Shown here: one piece after another, positions 10,080 to 18,487 of the stretch
Position numbering within the stretch: the first letter of the stretch is position 1
Layout of the letters: each line of letters begins with the position of its first letter
Origin: a virus
Virus record (IMG/VR): IMGVR_UViG_3300045988_080164
Span: 1-50,371 of that record
Length of the DNA stretch: 50,371 bases
Direction: 5' to 3' (one strand)
Translations under genes and position numbers: made by a program
The notes under the pieces: generated by a model
Databases searched by the model: none
The model's input: the letters and a program-made list of their open reading frames with translations, nothing else
What the model was told of the DNA's origin: nothing

Positions 10080-10321
10080 AGCACCCCACTGTTAGTCTGA
10101 ACATATTTTGAAGCTAACATTTTAAAATAACTTGAACTGTCTTTCGTAGTTAGACCACTTACATTCAAACCTGTTGTTTCTGCTTTTATGATTAATCCTT
10201 CATAGCTTGCTTTTTTAACATCTCTGTTGTTCATTTCAAGTAACGCTTCTAACTCGGAAAGTTCAAAATAAGGACATTGTTTTTCCCGTAAATTGAATTT
10301 TAACTGTTCAATATCATCCAT
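10076..10321 (-). CDS. head-tail adaptor-like protein
   Basis: 81 aa, AGGAGG SD; call is by position only. Confidence 0.35.
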   Translation of the reverse strand: MDDIEQLKFNLREKQCPYFELSELEALLEMNNRDVKKASYEGLIIKAETTGLNVSGLTTKDSSSYFKMLASKYVQTNSGVL

Positions 10322-10333
10322 GTTAGCACCTCC

Positions 10334-10690
10334 TTACATGTTAAGTTCACGCATTGCTTTCTGAATCATTTCTCTTGCTTCTGCAACGTTCCTTGCTCCA
10401 TGTGTATCAATATTATGTTCTTTCGCAAACTTCATAAGTTGTGACTTGTTCATCTGCGAAATAGGTATTTCTTCCTTAGCTTCTTCATGCTCTGATTCTT
10501 CCTTAGCTTCTTCATGCTCTGATTCTTCCATTTCATCTGCTTCAACATCAATGATTGTATCATCTTCTGGTTTTACTTCTTCTTCAAATCCATTCGCAAG
10601 TCTGTACCCTTTTGGCTTGAACATTCTTTCATAAGCATTTTTGCTTACCTTTCTTACTTCATGTCCAATTATAACATTTACCATTGCCAT
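10334..10690 (-). CDS. acidic protein with a C-terminal HeH/SAP-like motif
   Basis: ATG at 10690 lies 8 nt after GGGAGG; duplicated EESEHEEAK; C-terminus MNKSQLMKFAKEHNIDTHGARNVAEAREMIQKA looks like a Rho-N/SAP helix-extended-helix. Confidence 0.55.
   Translation of the reverse strand: MAMVNVIIGHEVRKVSKNAYERMFKPKGYRLANGFEEEVKPEDDTIIDVEADEMEESEHEEAKEESEHEEAKEEIPISQMNKSQLMKFAKEHNIDTHGARNVAEAREMIQKAMRELNM
10471..10524. repeat. 27-bp perfect tandem duplication inside a coding region
   Basis: cttccttagcttcttcatgctctgatt occurs twice back to back (plus a partial third, cttcca); encodes the duplicated EESEHEEAK. Confidence 0.9.
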
Positions 10691-10705
10691 TGTCAAGACC
10701 TCCCT

Positions 10706-11743
10706 TTATTCTACTTTTGTATCATAGATGAATACTTGGTCGGCAGTTGGGAAGTCTGGCAGACAAATCATTGTCACTTTTGTATTTACGTTTACTGGGT
10801 CTGTTTCTGTTACTGTTGTAATAGCCACACCTGTGTCGACGATAGATACATTTGCAACTCCGCTTGTTAACAGGTCTGATTCTTCTGGTGTTGTACCAAG
10901 CCATGTATTTCCGAGCGTACCATCTGGAATTAATGTGAACGTATCTTCCGGCACATAATTTTGTGTTGCCCCATCTTCATCCTTGTACTTTTTATCATCA
11001 ACTGCAATTGTGATTCCAAGTTCATCTTTAATGTAAGAAAGAACTTTTGAATCTGAAATGAATCCCTGTCCATCTGTAAGAATTGCGATTGATTTCTTAA
11101 TCTCTGTGTTGTTTCTCATGTATCCGATAACCTTAGAAGTTGTTACCGCCCTTGTAAGTTCAACACCTGTATCTGTTCTGATAACATCCTGTGCTTTTCT
11201 AATGTCATCCATGATTGTTGCTGTTGGGTCAGACCAAGACTTTGTTACGGTTTCCTTATGTTCTTCTGGAATGCGATAATCATACTCATAAATCTGTCCA
11301 TTGCTCTTCATAGAGATAACACCTGTTGTTAACATCATCATACGCATACGCTCACGCTGAGCCGCCGCACCCTCAAGAAGTTCTGTTTCATCTGCAAAAA
11401 TTCTGTTTGCAATCGTATCAATGTACGCTTGATTACCTGTTTCAATAATCATATTTAACTGCTGTCTTAATTCTTCATCAATGTATTTTGATTCTTTGAA
11501 GAACGGCATCTGTGCACTTAATTTCTCAAATCCAATTCTCGGTCTTGGTACTGCTTTTACGTCAAACGCACTTGCTTTAAGTACAACTGGTAATCCATTT
11601 GAACCTTTTAACCAATCAAGTTTAAGTCCGAGTTTCTTTTCATTCGGAAATAACTCTTCACCGAGATAAGGTGCTCTGTCCTGCGTCATAAGTTCCCAGT
11701 AAGACGCAATTTCTGTCGATGTAATAATATCGAATATTGTCAT
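10706..11743 (-). CDS. major capsid protein (lambda gpE-like family)
   Basis: 345 aa; N-terminus ..YWELMTQDRAPYLGEELFPNEKKLGLKLDWLKGSNGLPVVLK typical of the capsid-E family; AGGAGG SD; follows scaffold and decoration-like genes. Confidence 0.85.
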   Translation of the reverse strand: MTIFDIITSTEIASYWELMTQDRAPYLGEELFPNEKKLGLKLDWLKGSNGLPVVLKASAFDVKAVPRPRIGFEKLSAQMPFFKESKYIDEELRQQLNMIIETGNQAYIDTIANRIFADETELLEGAAAQRERMRMMMLTTGVISMKSNGQIYEYDYRIPEEHKETVTKSWSDPTATIMDDIRKAQDVIRTDTGVELTRAVTTSKVIGYMRNNTEIKKSIAILTDGQGFISDSKVLSYIKDELGITIAVDDKKYKDEDGATQNYVPEDTFTLIPDGTLGNTWLGTTPEESDLLTSGVANVSIVDTGVAITTVTETDPVNVNTKVTMICLPDFPTADQVFIYDTKVE

Positions 11744-11768
11744 TGTTTATTTTCCTCCTGCTTTTGTT

Positions 11769-12170
11769 TTATTTTAAGAATGTAACTCTACCTGCTAATG
11801 CAGTTTTTACATAACTTGTAAGCTTTCCCTGCGTTGTTTCATCAATTCTATCCAAATTCACAAATCCAAATATTAACAATGTTCCATTTGCATCTCCTGT
11901 TGTTACATCAACGTCATGTAACAAAACTCCTACTGCATCCGAAGCTTCTGTTTCTGAACCTGCTTTTGCGGCTGTGAATGGTGTTAATCTGTTTGTTAAG
12001 TCACCTGTAAGTGGTGTTCCTGCTTTAACAATCTTTTTACCTAATGAATTTGCTGTTGCCTGTACAGAATCATCTACGACAATTCCAACAGATACTTGCG
12101 GTTCTACATTGAACAAAATCTGATTTGTAGAACCATATGTTTCTTTCTTAATACCTGTCTGGTTTAACAT
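11769..12170 (-). CDS. head decoration protein-like (gpD position)
   Basis: 133 aa between the scaffold and E-family capsid genes, as gpD is in lambda; AGGAGG SD. Confidence 0.45.
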   Translation of the reverse strand: MLNQTGIKKETYGSTNQILFNVEPQVSVGIVVDDSVQATANSLGKKIVKAGTPLTGDLTNRLTPFTAAKAGSETEASDAVGVLLHDVDVTTGDANGTLLIFGFVNLDRIDETTQGKLTSYVKTALAGRVTFLK

Positions 12171-12185
12171 TTTTGTACCTCCTGT

Positions 12186-12818
12186 TTATTTGAAATAATT
12201 ACTTTTTGTAGGTTTCTTTTTATTTGCAAAAAGTCTTGCGGCAATAGAGCCTTCGTGTTTATCTTCGATGCTTTCATCTTCCTGCTCTGTGTTTTTACTC
12301 ACACGCTTTCTTGTAACTTTTGGCTTTTTGTTTTCCTGCTCTTTTTCTTCATCAGAAACAAAATACATTTTGCCGTTTGTTCCATCTTTAATTTCTGCAA
12401 TAACCTTGTTAATGTCTTTATCCTTTGTTACTCTGGATTTTGCAATAACTACCAAATCGTCTACCGCTTCTGGTTTTGCTCCAAGCTTAATTGCGGCTAA
12501 CTTTGCTTCCGCTGTCTGTCTTGCTTCTCTTTCTTCTACAAGCTGTCTTGTCGTTTCCTTGATTACATCGTCTTTCTTTTCTAAGTCTGTTTTATTCTTT
12601 TCTTCGTCTTCCTTAGCTTTTGTTACGATGCCTTTAAGTTTTTCATCATCCTCAATGCCAAGTGATTTCATGTAATCTTTAACAGCCTGTTCTTTCACTG
12701 CTTCGACATCAACTTCCGGCTTGTCCTCTTTTGTTTTTGTTTCTTCTTTTTCTGTGTCTTTTTCTTGCTCTTTTGTTTCAGTGTCTTTTACATCTGTTTT
12801 TGTTTCTACTTCTGCCAT
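12186..12818 (-). CDS. capsid scaffolding protein
   Basis: 210 aa, very K/E-rich and predicted helical; placed before the capsid genes. Confidence 0.65.
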   Translation of the reverse strand: MAEVETKTDVKDTETKEQEKDTEKEETKTKEDKPEVDVEAVKEQAVKDYMKSLGIEDDEKLKGIVTKAKEDEEKNKTDLEKKDDVIKETTRQLVEEREARQTAEAKLAAIKLGAKPEAVDDLVVIAKSRVTKDKDINKVIAEIKDGTNGKMYFVSDEEKEQENKKPKVTRKRVSKNTEQEDESIEDKHEGSIAARLFANKKKPTKSNYFK

Positions 12819-13135
12819 TATTCTTTTCCTTTCTCTTTGTATTTAGACTGCAAAATATTATTTGCACATTCTAACCTTTTTTGTTTCTTTTCAATTTTCT
12901 TCAACTCTGCTCTGTACTTGTTTTCGTTTCTAACATTCTTCAACTTTGTTGTTTCTTTTCGTATCTGTTTCTTTAAAGCAAGCGTATCCATATCATCATA
13001 ACATATATCATACTGTGCTTTGCATTTCGGACACTCCATATAAGTTCTTATAATCTCATGCCCTTCTATTGTTTTAGTTTGTTCTTTTAACATGCAATCA
13101 AAATCATTTTTGCACACATCACATGTCACTATCAA
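12818..13135 (-). CDS. zinc-ribbon protein with K-rich coiled-coil tail
   Basis: CDVC..(26)..CPKC pairs, then a KKQIRKETTKLKNVRNENKYRAELKKIEKKQKRLE tail; similar layout to the neighbour 13119..13547. Confidence 0.5.
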   Translation of the reverse strand: MIVTCDVCKNDFDCMLKEQTKTIEGHEIIRTYMECPKCKAQYDICYDDMDTLALKKQIRKETTKLKNVRNENKYRAELKKIEKKQKRLECANNILQSKYKEKGKE

Positions 13136-13547
13136 TTATATCACCCACTTTCTTTAAAGTCAAGCTTTTTACAAAAAGATTTTTATTTTTATCATATAAA
13201 TTTATTCCATTGCATCTTTCTGCTAACTCATTACGCTTTAACTTCAAACTTTCTGAAAGTTTCTTCTGCTTTCTATCTTCTTTCTTACTTACAGAATCAC
13301 CTCTCTGACGCTTTTTAATAGCGTTTAAAAGCAATTTCTTATAATCGTTAAAGATTCTTATAGTCTGCATAGAATCGACCTGTAAAACGTCAATTTCACC
13401 ACACCTCTCGCATTTGCTATAAATCACCCTTACAAATTCTCCTGTTTCTGTGTAACAATCTTTTTTGTGAACATTACACTGCCTTAATTCGTTCACTTCC
13501 CCGCATTTACTACAAACTCTTTCAACTTTTAATTCTTTCTCATTCAT
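13119..13547 (-). CDS. zinc-ribbon protein with K-rich tail (paralogue-like of 12818..13135)
   Basis: CSKC..(32)..CERC pairs, then a basic helical tail; AGGAGA SD. Confidence 0.5.
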   Translation of the reverse strand: MNEKELKVERVCSKCGEVNELRQCNVHKKDCYTETGEFVRVIYSKCERCGEIDVLQVDSMQTIRIFNDYKKLLLNAIKKRQRGDSVSKKEDRKQKKLSESLKLKRNELAERCNGINLYDKNKNLFVKSLTLKKVGDIIDSDM

Positions 13548-13559
13548 GTTTTTTTTCTC

Positions 13560-14561
13560 CTACATAAAATCTAACACATAGTTATCAATATCTGGATATG
13601 TACCACTAGGACTTTGATACCACTTTCCAATCTTATCAGCTATTGTTGTCATACTATCTGGTATCACTGCTTCGAATGTACACATACCGTTCGGATGGTC
13701 TAATGGCAATTCATCTTTTGGGAACACTCCCATACCTAAACCATATTGGTCTGTTTCTGCCCTTTCTCTGCATATGTCGCATACTCTTCCATGAAAGTTA
13801 CTTGTAAGCCATCTATAGCCTTTCACAAAAGGGTCATGCTCATTTACTGCCATAAAACTTTGTTCATATGCATGACTTACCATTGTTCTTGCTAACCTTT
13901 GTGCATTATAATCTACTCTTCCAATATAGAACGTGTCTTTTATCTTTTCTCCTACACTGTTTGCTCTACCTGCATCCACATCTGTTTGTCTTGCATATCT
14001 CCATTTATGTATTGTTCTGCTTGGTTTCTTTGCTGATGGCTTCACATATTGTTCAATTTCCTTTGCAATATCATAAGCTGACTTATTTTGTGCTGTTCCA
14101 TACGATATAATCTTTGACAATGTTTTCTGTGTTTTTTTGTTATATCCCCATATTGCTTTACTTAATGTCCAACCTTTTTGATATATGTTACCAGTCATTA
14201 TGTTCTGAACAACATTTTCTGGAACATAGAAGAAAGCATTTACTATGTCTTTATCTTCAAAACCACATTGTTTTAAATAAGACCTTTTGTCTTGTACTAC
14301 TTCATTGCTTATTGTTCTTATGTCTCTTACAATATGATTTTGAATGTCTTGATTTAACTGTTTTACTCTGCTATTTATATCTCTCTGCAATAATGTAAGA
14401 CGCTGTTTGTTTATTATATCTTTTTCATTTGCTATCTGTCTTGAAATATCAATGTATAAATTTTCATACATTGTTTTTATTTCTCTCAATTGTTTTCTCG
14501 TTATGCTCTGTCTTACCTTTTCTGCATTTTTCAATCTCCAATTTGCTATTTGTATCACCAC
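13560..14561 (-). CDS. minor head / head morphogenesis protein (SPP1 gp7 / Mu F-like)
   Basis: 333 aa after the portal gene; C-terminal CDICRERAETDQYG..LPLDHPNGMCTF resembles the gp7-family signature; GTG start after AAGG. Confidence 0.65.
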   Translation of the reverse strand: MVIQIANWRLKNAEKVRQSITRKQLREIKTMYENLYIDISRQIANEKDIINKQRLTLLQRDINSRVKQLNQDIQNHIVRDIRTISNEVVQDKRSYLKQCGFEDKDIVNAFFYVPENVVQNIMTGNIYQKGWTLSKAIWGYNKKTQKTLSKIISYGTAQNKSAYDIAKEIEQYVKPSAKKPSRTIHKWRYARQTDVDAGRANSVGEKIKDTFYIGRVDYNAQRLARTMVSHAYEQSFMAVNEHDPFVKGYRWLTSNFHGRVCDICRERAETDQYGLGMGVFPKDELPLDHPNGMCTFEAVIPDSMTTIADKIGKWYQSPSGTYPDIDNYVLDFM

Positions 14562-14562
14562 C

Positions 14563-14739
14563 TTATTTGTTTAATAATGTTGTAGTATCTTCAATTCTTG
14601 CATCCGAATGGTAAAATTTATTATACGCATCTTTAAAAAGTTTTGCACATATAAAATCATCAAACGTTCCTGCTATGTATTCAACTTGTTTCTGTTTAGC
14701 ATCATCCCATTTAATTGCAATCACAAAATACTTATTCAT
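14563..14739 (-). CDS. hypothetical protein, 58 aa
   Basis: Hand-translated MNKYFVIAIKWDDAKQKQVEYIAGTFDDFICAKLFKDAYNKFYHSDARIEDTTTLLNK; GAAGGA SD; below the track size cutoff. Confidence 0.45.
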   Translation of the reverse strand: MNKYFVIAIKWDDAKQKQVEYIAGTFDDFICAKLFKDAYNKFYHSDARIEDTTTLLNK

Positions 14740-14791
14740 AATTTGTTATCCTTCACTTATTGCTTTGTTTGTTATCTTCTTTACACTTAAT

Positions 14792-14820
14792 ATATTACAC
14801 TATTCTTTTATGTTTGTCAA
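14792..14820 (-). promoter_or_regulatory. promoter TTGACA-N17-TAATAT
   Basis: Minus strand TTGACAaacataaaagaatagtgTAATAT just after the portal stop. Confidence 0.65.
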
Positions 14821-14828
14821 CAACTTTT

Positions 14829-16376
14829 TTACAAATTATTTTGAATTGTTTCTTCTTCTATATTGTCTTCAACTTCTGTTTCAGTTCCAATACCATCAAG
14901 TTTCGATTGTACTTGCTGATTCATAGACAGACTGTCAAACATGTTTAACTCTACTGCAATCTGCATAAGTTCTTCATCTATCTGTTCATCTGTCATTTCT
15001 GGATGCCATTTCTTTATATATGATTTGCGGCTCATTGCGTTCACATTAATTTCTGCCATATCTGTGTCTTTTTCTTCCTGTTCATCATCCATAAGTGCAT
15101 AATTGTTTTCAATCATCACATCATATTCAATCTGGTTCAAGTCTGTAATACCGTATACAGATTTTACAATCTCCGAGTTTTTCAATGCAATCTCTATAAT
15201 GTGGTTTACAACTGTTTCTAATGCAGGAATCCAAGTCATAAGCTTTTCATCACATCTTACCTCTAAAGACCAATATAACGCTCTTAGTGCTTTTCCGCTT
15301 GTAATACTACCTACAAGTGTTTCTTCGGAGATATTCGGAACATCTAACATACCATACATTGTTGTTTTCATTCTGTTTAATGTTTCCTTCACTGCTTCTG
15401 TATGGTTCATCTGTGGTGCTAATACACCTATCATTGTTTTTGGTTCATCTATATTTTGGTTGCTCTCTAAATCCCAATAAGAACCTGCACTGCTAGACAA
15501 ATTTTCTGTTGTTGCGTGGTTCATATCTACAGTGTACCTAATTGGATTCATTCCTTTACCTTCGCTGTCAATATCTGCATTTGCTAATTTACTGTATGCA
15601 CTCTCGATGTCTTTTAAATCTTCAATTTCACTTATTCCACGTTTTTCATGGAGTGTACCATCATTGAATATAATCACTACTGGAATATCTTTTAAATCTG
15701 TTTCTGTTAGCGGTATGAGTTCATTTATTGTCTTTCCTGCCCCATCATACAATACAGAACTCATATAGATTGTTCCTTTTATATCTTCATACTTGTTTAC
15801 TAGAAATCTTTTATCTGTTCTGTTTTTACTTTCCTGTACATTTTCAAAACTAACAAACTTTGTTAATCTATCTGTACCATATTCTGTTTCATAATAAAAT
15901 TGTAATGCGTCATAAAAATGAACTATAATTCCATCATCCTCGGAAATGTCTGTTAAACATGCAATACGTTTTCCGATGAAACAATCTTTTGCACCTTGTA
16001 ACAGATTCTTTTTAAATTTAGACTTCTTCAACACTTTGTCTATTAACTTCTGATATTGTTCTATTTGTTCTTTTTGTACATCTTCTACAGAATCACCTTT
16101 TATTGTGATATCTGGTGCCTGTGAAAACATGAACCTTGCTTCTTTATCAATCAATGTTTTTGCTATTTTATATTTAATGTTTGATGCAACATAATCACCG
16201 TTTGTTCCTTGCGCTATAAACTCTGCTCCATCTTTGTATATATTATAAAACTTAAATATATCGAGTAATTCTTTTTGAAATACACTACGACCAGTTTCTA
16301 TCTCATTACTTAATACAAAATAAGGAACACTAGGCAATGCAGTGTTCACTGAAACACTAACATTCTTGTTACTCAT
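14829..16376 (-). CDS. portal protein
   Basis: 515 aa, first gene of the head module before the gp7-like gene; SPP1 gp6-like size with an acidic C-terminus; AAGGAG SD. Confidence 0.8.
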   Translation of the reverse strand: MSNKNVSVSVNTALPSVPYFVLSNEIETGRSVFQKELLDIFKFYNIYKDGAEFIAQGTNGDYVASNIKYKIAKTLIDKEARFMFSQAPDITIKGDSVEDVQKEQIEQYQKLIDKVLKKSKFKKNLLQGAKDCFIGKRIACLTDISEDDGIIVHFYDALQFYYETEYGTDRLTKFVSFENVQESKNRTDKRFLVNKYEDIKGTIYMSSVLYDGAGKTINELIPLTETDLKDIPVVIIFNDGTLHEKRGISEIEDLKDIESAYSKLANADIDSEGKGMNPIRYTVDMNHATTENLSSSAGSYWDLESNQNIDEPKTMIGVLAPQMNHTEAVKETLNRMKTTMYGMLDVPNISEETLVGSITSGKALRALYWSLEVRCDEKLMTWIPALETVVNHIIEIALKNSEIVKSVYGITDLNQIEYDVMIENNYALMDDEQEEKDTDMAEINVNAMSRKSYIKKWHPEMTDEQIDEELMQIAVELNMFDSLSMNQQVQSKLDGIGTETEVEDNIEEETIQNNL

Positions 16377-16409
16377 GTTTGCTTTCTCCTTTCTTCAATT
16401 GTTATATTT

Positions 16410-16438
16410 ATTTTAACATAACATTTATATAATGTCAA
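16410..16438 (-). promoter_or_regulatory. promoter TTGACA-N17-TAAAAT with TGn extended -10
   Basis: Minus strand TTGACAttatataaatgttatgtTAAAAT upstream of the portal gene. Confidence 0.65.
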
Positions 16439-16460
16439 TACATTTATAATATATATTATA

Positions 16461-16490
16461 TATAATAATAGGGCGGTATTTCTACCACCC
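16461..16490 (-). terminator. intrinsic terminator hairpin after the lysis cassette (possibly bidirectional)
   Basis: GGGUGGUA-GAAA-UACCGCCC stem-loop (one G-U pair) followed by UAUUAUUAU; the plus-strand version is followed by TTTGTTTTTA. Confidence 0.55.
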
Positions 16491-16504
16491 TTTGTTTTTA
16501 TGTT

Positions 16505-17407
16505 CTATTTCTTAATGCCAGACAATAAGTAATATGTTGTAATAAGTCCTACAATACCATCTGGCGTAAGTCCTCTATTACCCTGAAACACTTTTACACA
16601 CTGTGAAAGATATTTGTCCCAATAACCAGTTAACGGAAGTTTTGTGAATCCATATACATAATGCAACTGCCTTCTAAGCCAATTAATTGCACTAATGCAG
16701 TTATGTGTCTGTCCACTCCATAACAAGTGGCTACCTGCAAATGCCTGTGAGTTCTGTCCGAATTTTCCATCCTCACTTAATGTTCTTGTGTCGAACCCCT
16801 TGTTCATGTACTTCTGCCATTCTTTTACATATGCATTTTCTATGTAATATCTCTTATCACCTTTCCATGCATCTGTTTTAACAACTGGATTGTTTGCTTT
16901 GTTCTCTGTTAATGGCTTACTTGCTGTTCCATTATACTTAGGTCTAATAATGCACTGTATCTGACTTACTTTCCTTGTCCTTCGCATTACCTCCCCACCG
17001 TTGCTGTCGTTTCCTACTGCCGTGTTTCCTTCAATCGTTGTATATGTTCCATTTCCATTGTTCTTTTCGATAAGTCCAATATGGTCACCTATTCCATCTT
17101 TGTTCCAATCAAATATTACAATATCACCATATTGACCACTGTTTTTGTCTACTGTTAGTCCTTTACTTGTTCCCCAGTTTTTGACTGTAGGACAATAGGC
17201 TGTTTTTTTACCATCATAGAACAGATTGCTTGCTCCACACATACGAAAGATATCCCACACAAAAGCACAACACCACGGATAAGACGCACCACTTACTACT
17301 CTTCCATAATAGTGCGTGTTAAACACTACATTGTTACTGTTTGCAGGACTTTCTTTCACTCCAATATAACTTGTTGCTTTGTTCATTATCTGTTTAGCCG
17401 TTGCCAT
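16505..17407 (-). CDS. endolysin: N-terminal CHAP domain plus C-terminal peptidoglycan-binding repeats
   Basis: CHAP-like Cys (YPWCCAFVWD) and His (GDHIGLIE, TIEGNT); C-terminal LSEDGKFGQNS and LTPDGIVGLITTYYL resemble PG_binding_1. Confidence 0.85.
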   Translation of the reverse strand: MATAKQIMNKATSYIGVKESPANSNNVVFNTHYYGRVVSGASYPWCCAFVWDIFRMCGASNLFYDGKKTAYCPTVKNWGTSKGLTVDKNSGQYGDIVIFDWNKDGIGDHIGLIEKNNGNGTYTTIEGNTAVGNDSNGGEVMRRTRKVSQIQCIIRPKYNGTASKPLTENKANNPVVKTDAWKGDKRYYIENAYVKEWQKYMNKGFDTRTLSEDGKFGQNSQAFAGSHLLWSGQTHNCISAINWLRRQLHYVYGFTKLPLTGYWDKYLSQCVKVFQGNRGLTPDGIVGLITTYYLLSGIKK

Positions 17408-17468
17408 TTTTTATCACCTCTTATAAGCTTATATTTTACAAATTAAGACATTTTAATTGTTTATGCGA

Positions 17469-17699
17469 CTATTCCTTAGCTTCTACTTCTGGAATACCTG
17501 CAATGCTCGTCAGAACGCTTACAATGCCACTTACAACAGCACCACTTATTACCATCTTCCAATCTACACTATTTACGAATGCAGATGTACCAATCAATGC
17601 TACTGCTGTTTGCGCCATTGTCTTTACTGCTCTAATTCCTGCTTTTTTACACCACTGCACTGTGTCAACATTTGGTCTAAATACACAATTTTTAAACAT
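17469..17699 (-). CDS. holin (two predicted TM helices)
   Basis: AVKTMAQTAVALIGTSAFV and MVISGAVVSGIVSVLTSIAGI helices, charged C-terminus; immediately upstream of the endolysin; ATG 7 nt after AGGAGG (track start 17717 lies inside the SD). Confidence 0.6.
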   Translation of the reverse strand: MFKNCVFRPNVDTVQWCKKAGIRAVKTMAQTAVALIGTSAFVNSVDWKMVISGAVVSGIVSVLTSIAGIPEVEAKE

Positions 17700-18024
17700 C
17701 ATCAATCCTCCTACCATTCTCTTGTTTACACATTTCTAATTCGTGTTTTGTTTCACTTATCTTTTCATTCTGTTCATTTATTGCATCCCATTGCCTTTTC
17801 TGTGATTCACTTACATGTTTTTTATATTCCTCTAAATCTTTGTTTTGTTTTTCCAGTTCCTCTGTTAACCTCTCCATTTTAACACTAAGTTCCGTCATTG
17901 CTTTGGTGTTTTCATTTAATGGCTTGTAGATTGCGGTGAACAACGCTATTAATGCAGATAGAGCAACAACAAGATATCCTACCGCTGTTGCATCAGACAT
18001 GGTTAATAATGCATATTTTATCAC
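17692..18024 (-). CDS. BhlA/UviB-like membrane protein (N-terminal TM plus coiled coil)
   Basis: GYLVVALSALIALFTAI helix then a long coiled coil; GTG start 8 nt after AGGAGG; adjacent to the holin. Confidence 0.45.
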   Translation of the reverse strand: MIKYALLTMSDATAVGYLVVALSALIALFTAIYKPLNENTKAMTELSVKMERLTEELEKQNKDLEEYKKHVSESQKRQWDAINEQNEKISETKHELEMCKQENGRRIDDV

Positions 18025-18192
18025 GTTGTTAACCTCCTATATGTTCTATTATACAAAATCTCCATATATTCTATACCTCTTCCCATTCAAACACAAGTCT
18101 TATATAATTGTTCGAACCTTTTATAATGTGAGAAAAATCACATCCACTATCACGTATTATGTTTTGTCCTTGTACTTTATATTTTAACGTCC

Positions 18193-18453
18193 TCATTTTG
18201 CAACCTCGCCATTTCTAATAACTCTTGTTCCGCTTGCTACTGTTCTTCCTGTTTGTTCTTGTTTTTCTATTACTTCTGGTTCTTTTACACATGATTTAAA
18301 ATCTGGTTCTCTTTCTTCCATTGCCGCCAAACAGATTTCTATTCCATTATGTAATCCACATGTATAATCATCTACTATGTTCTGTTCCTGCATTTCTTTA
18401 AGCATCCGAATCGTGTTATATGCTGTTTTATATTTCTTCCAATATCCTAACAT
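18193..18453 (-). CDS. hypothetical protein, 86 aa
   Basis: ORF directly after TerL; preceded by the conserved AAGCTTA junction element and a GAGAGG SD. Confidence 0.6.
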   Translation of the reverse strand: MLGYWKKYKTAYNTIRMLKEMQEQNIVDDYTCGLHNGIEICLAAMEEREPDFKSCVKEPEVIEKQEQTGRTVASGTRVIRNGEVAK

Positions 18454-18487
18454 TTCTATATACCTCTCTAAGCTTATATTTGCCGTT

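Noticed and set aside
10471-10524. A CRISPR-like array, checked genome-wide
   Set aside because: The only tandem repeat has two adjacent copies with no spacers and is coding. The recurring intergenic similarity is explained by promoter and SD consensus sequences.
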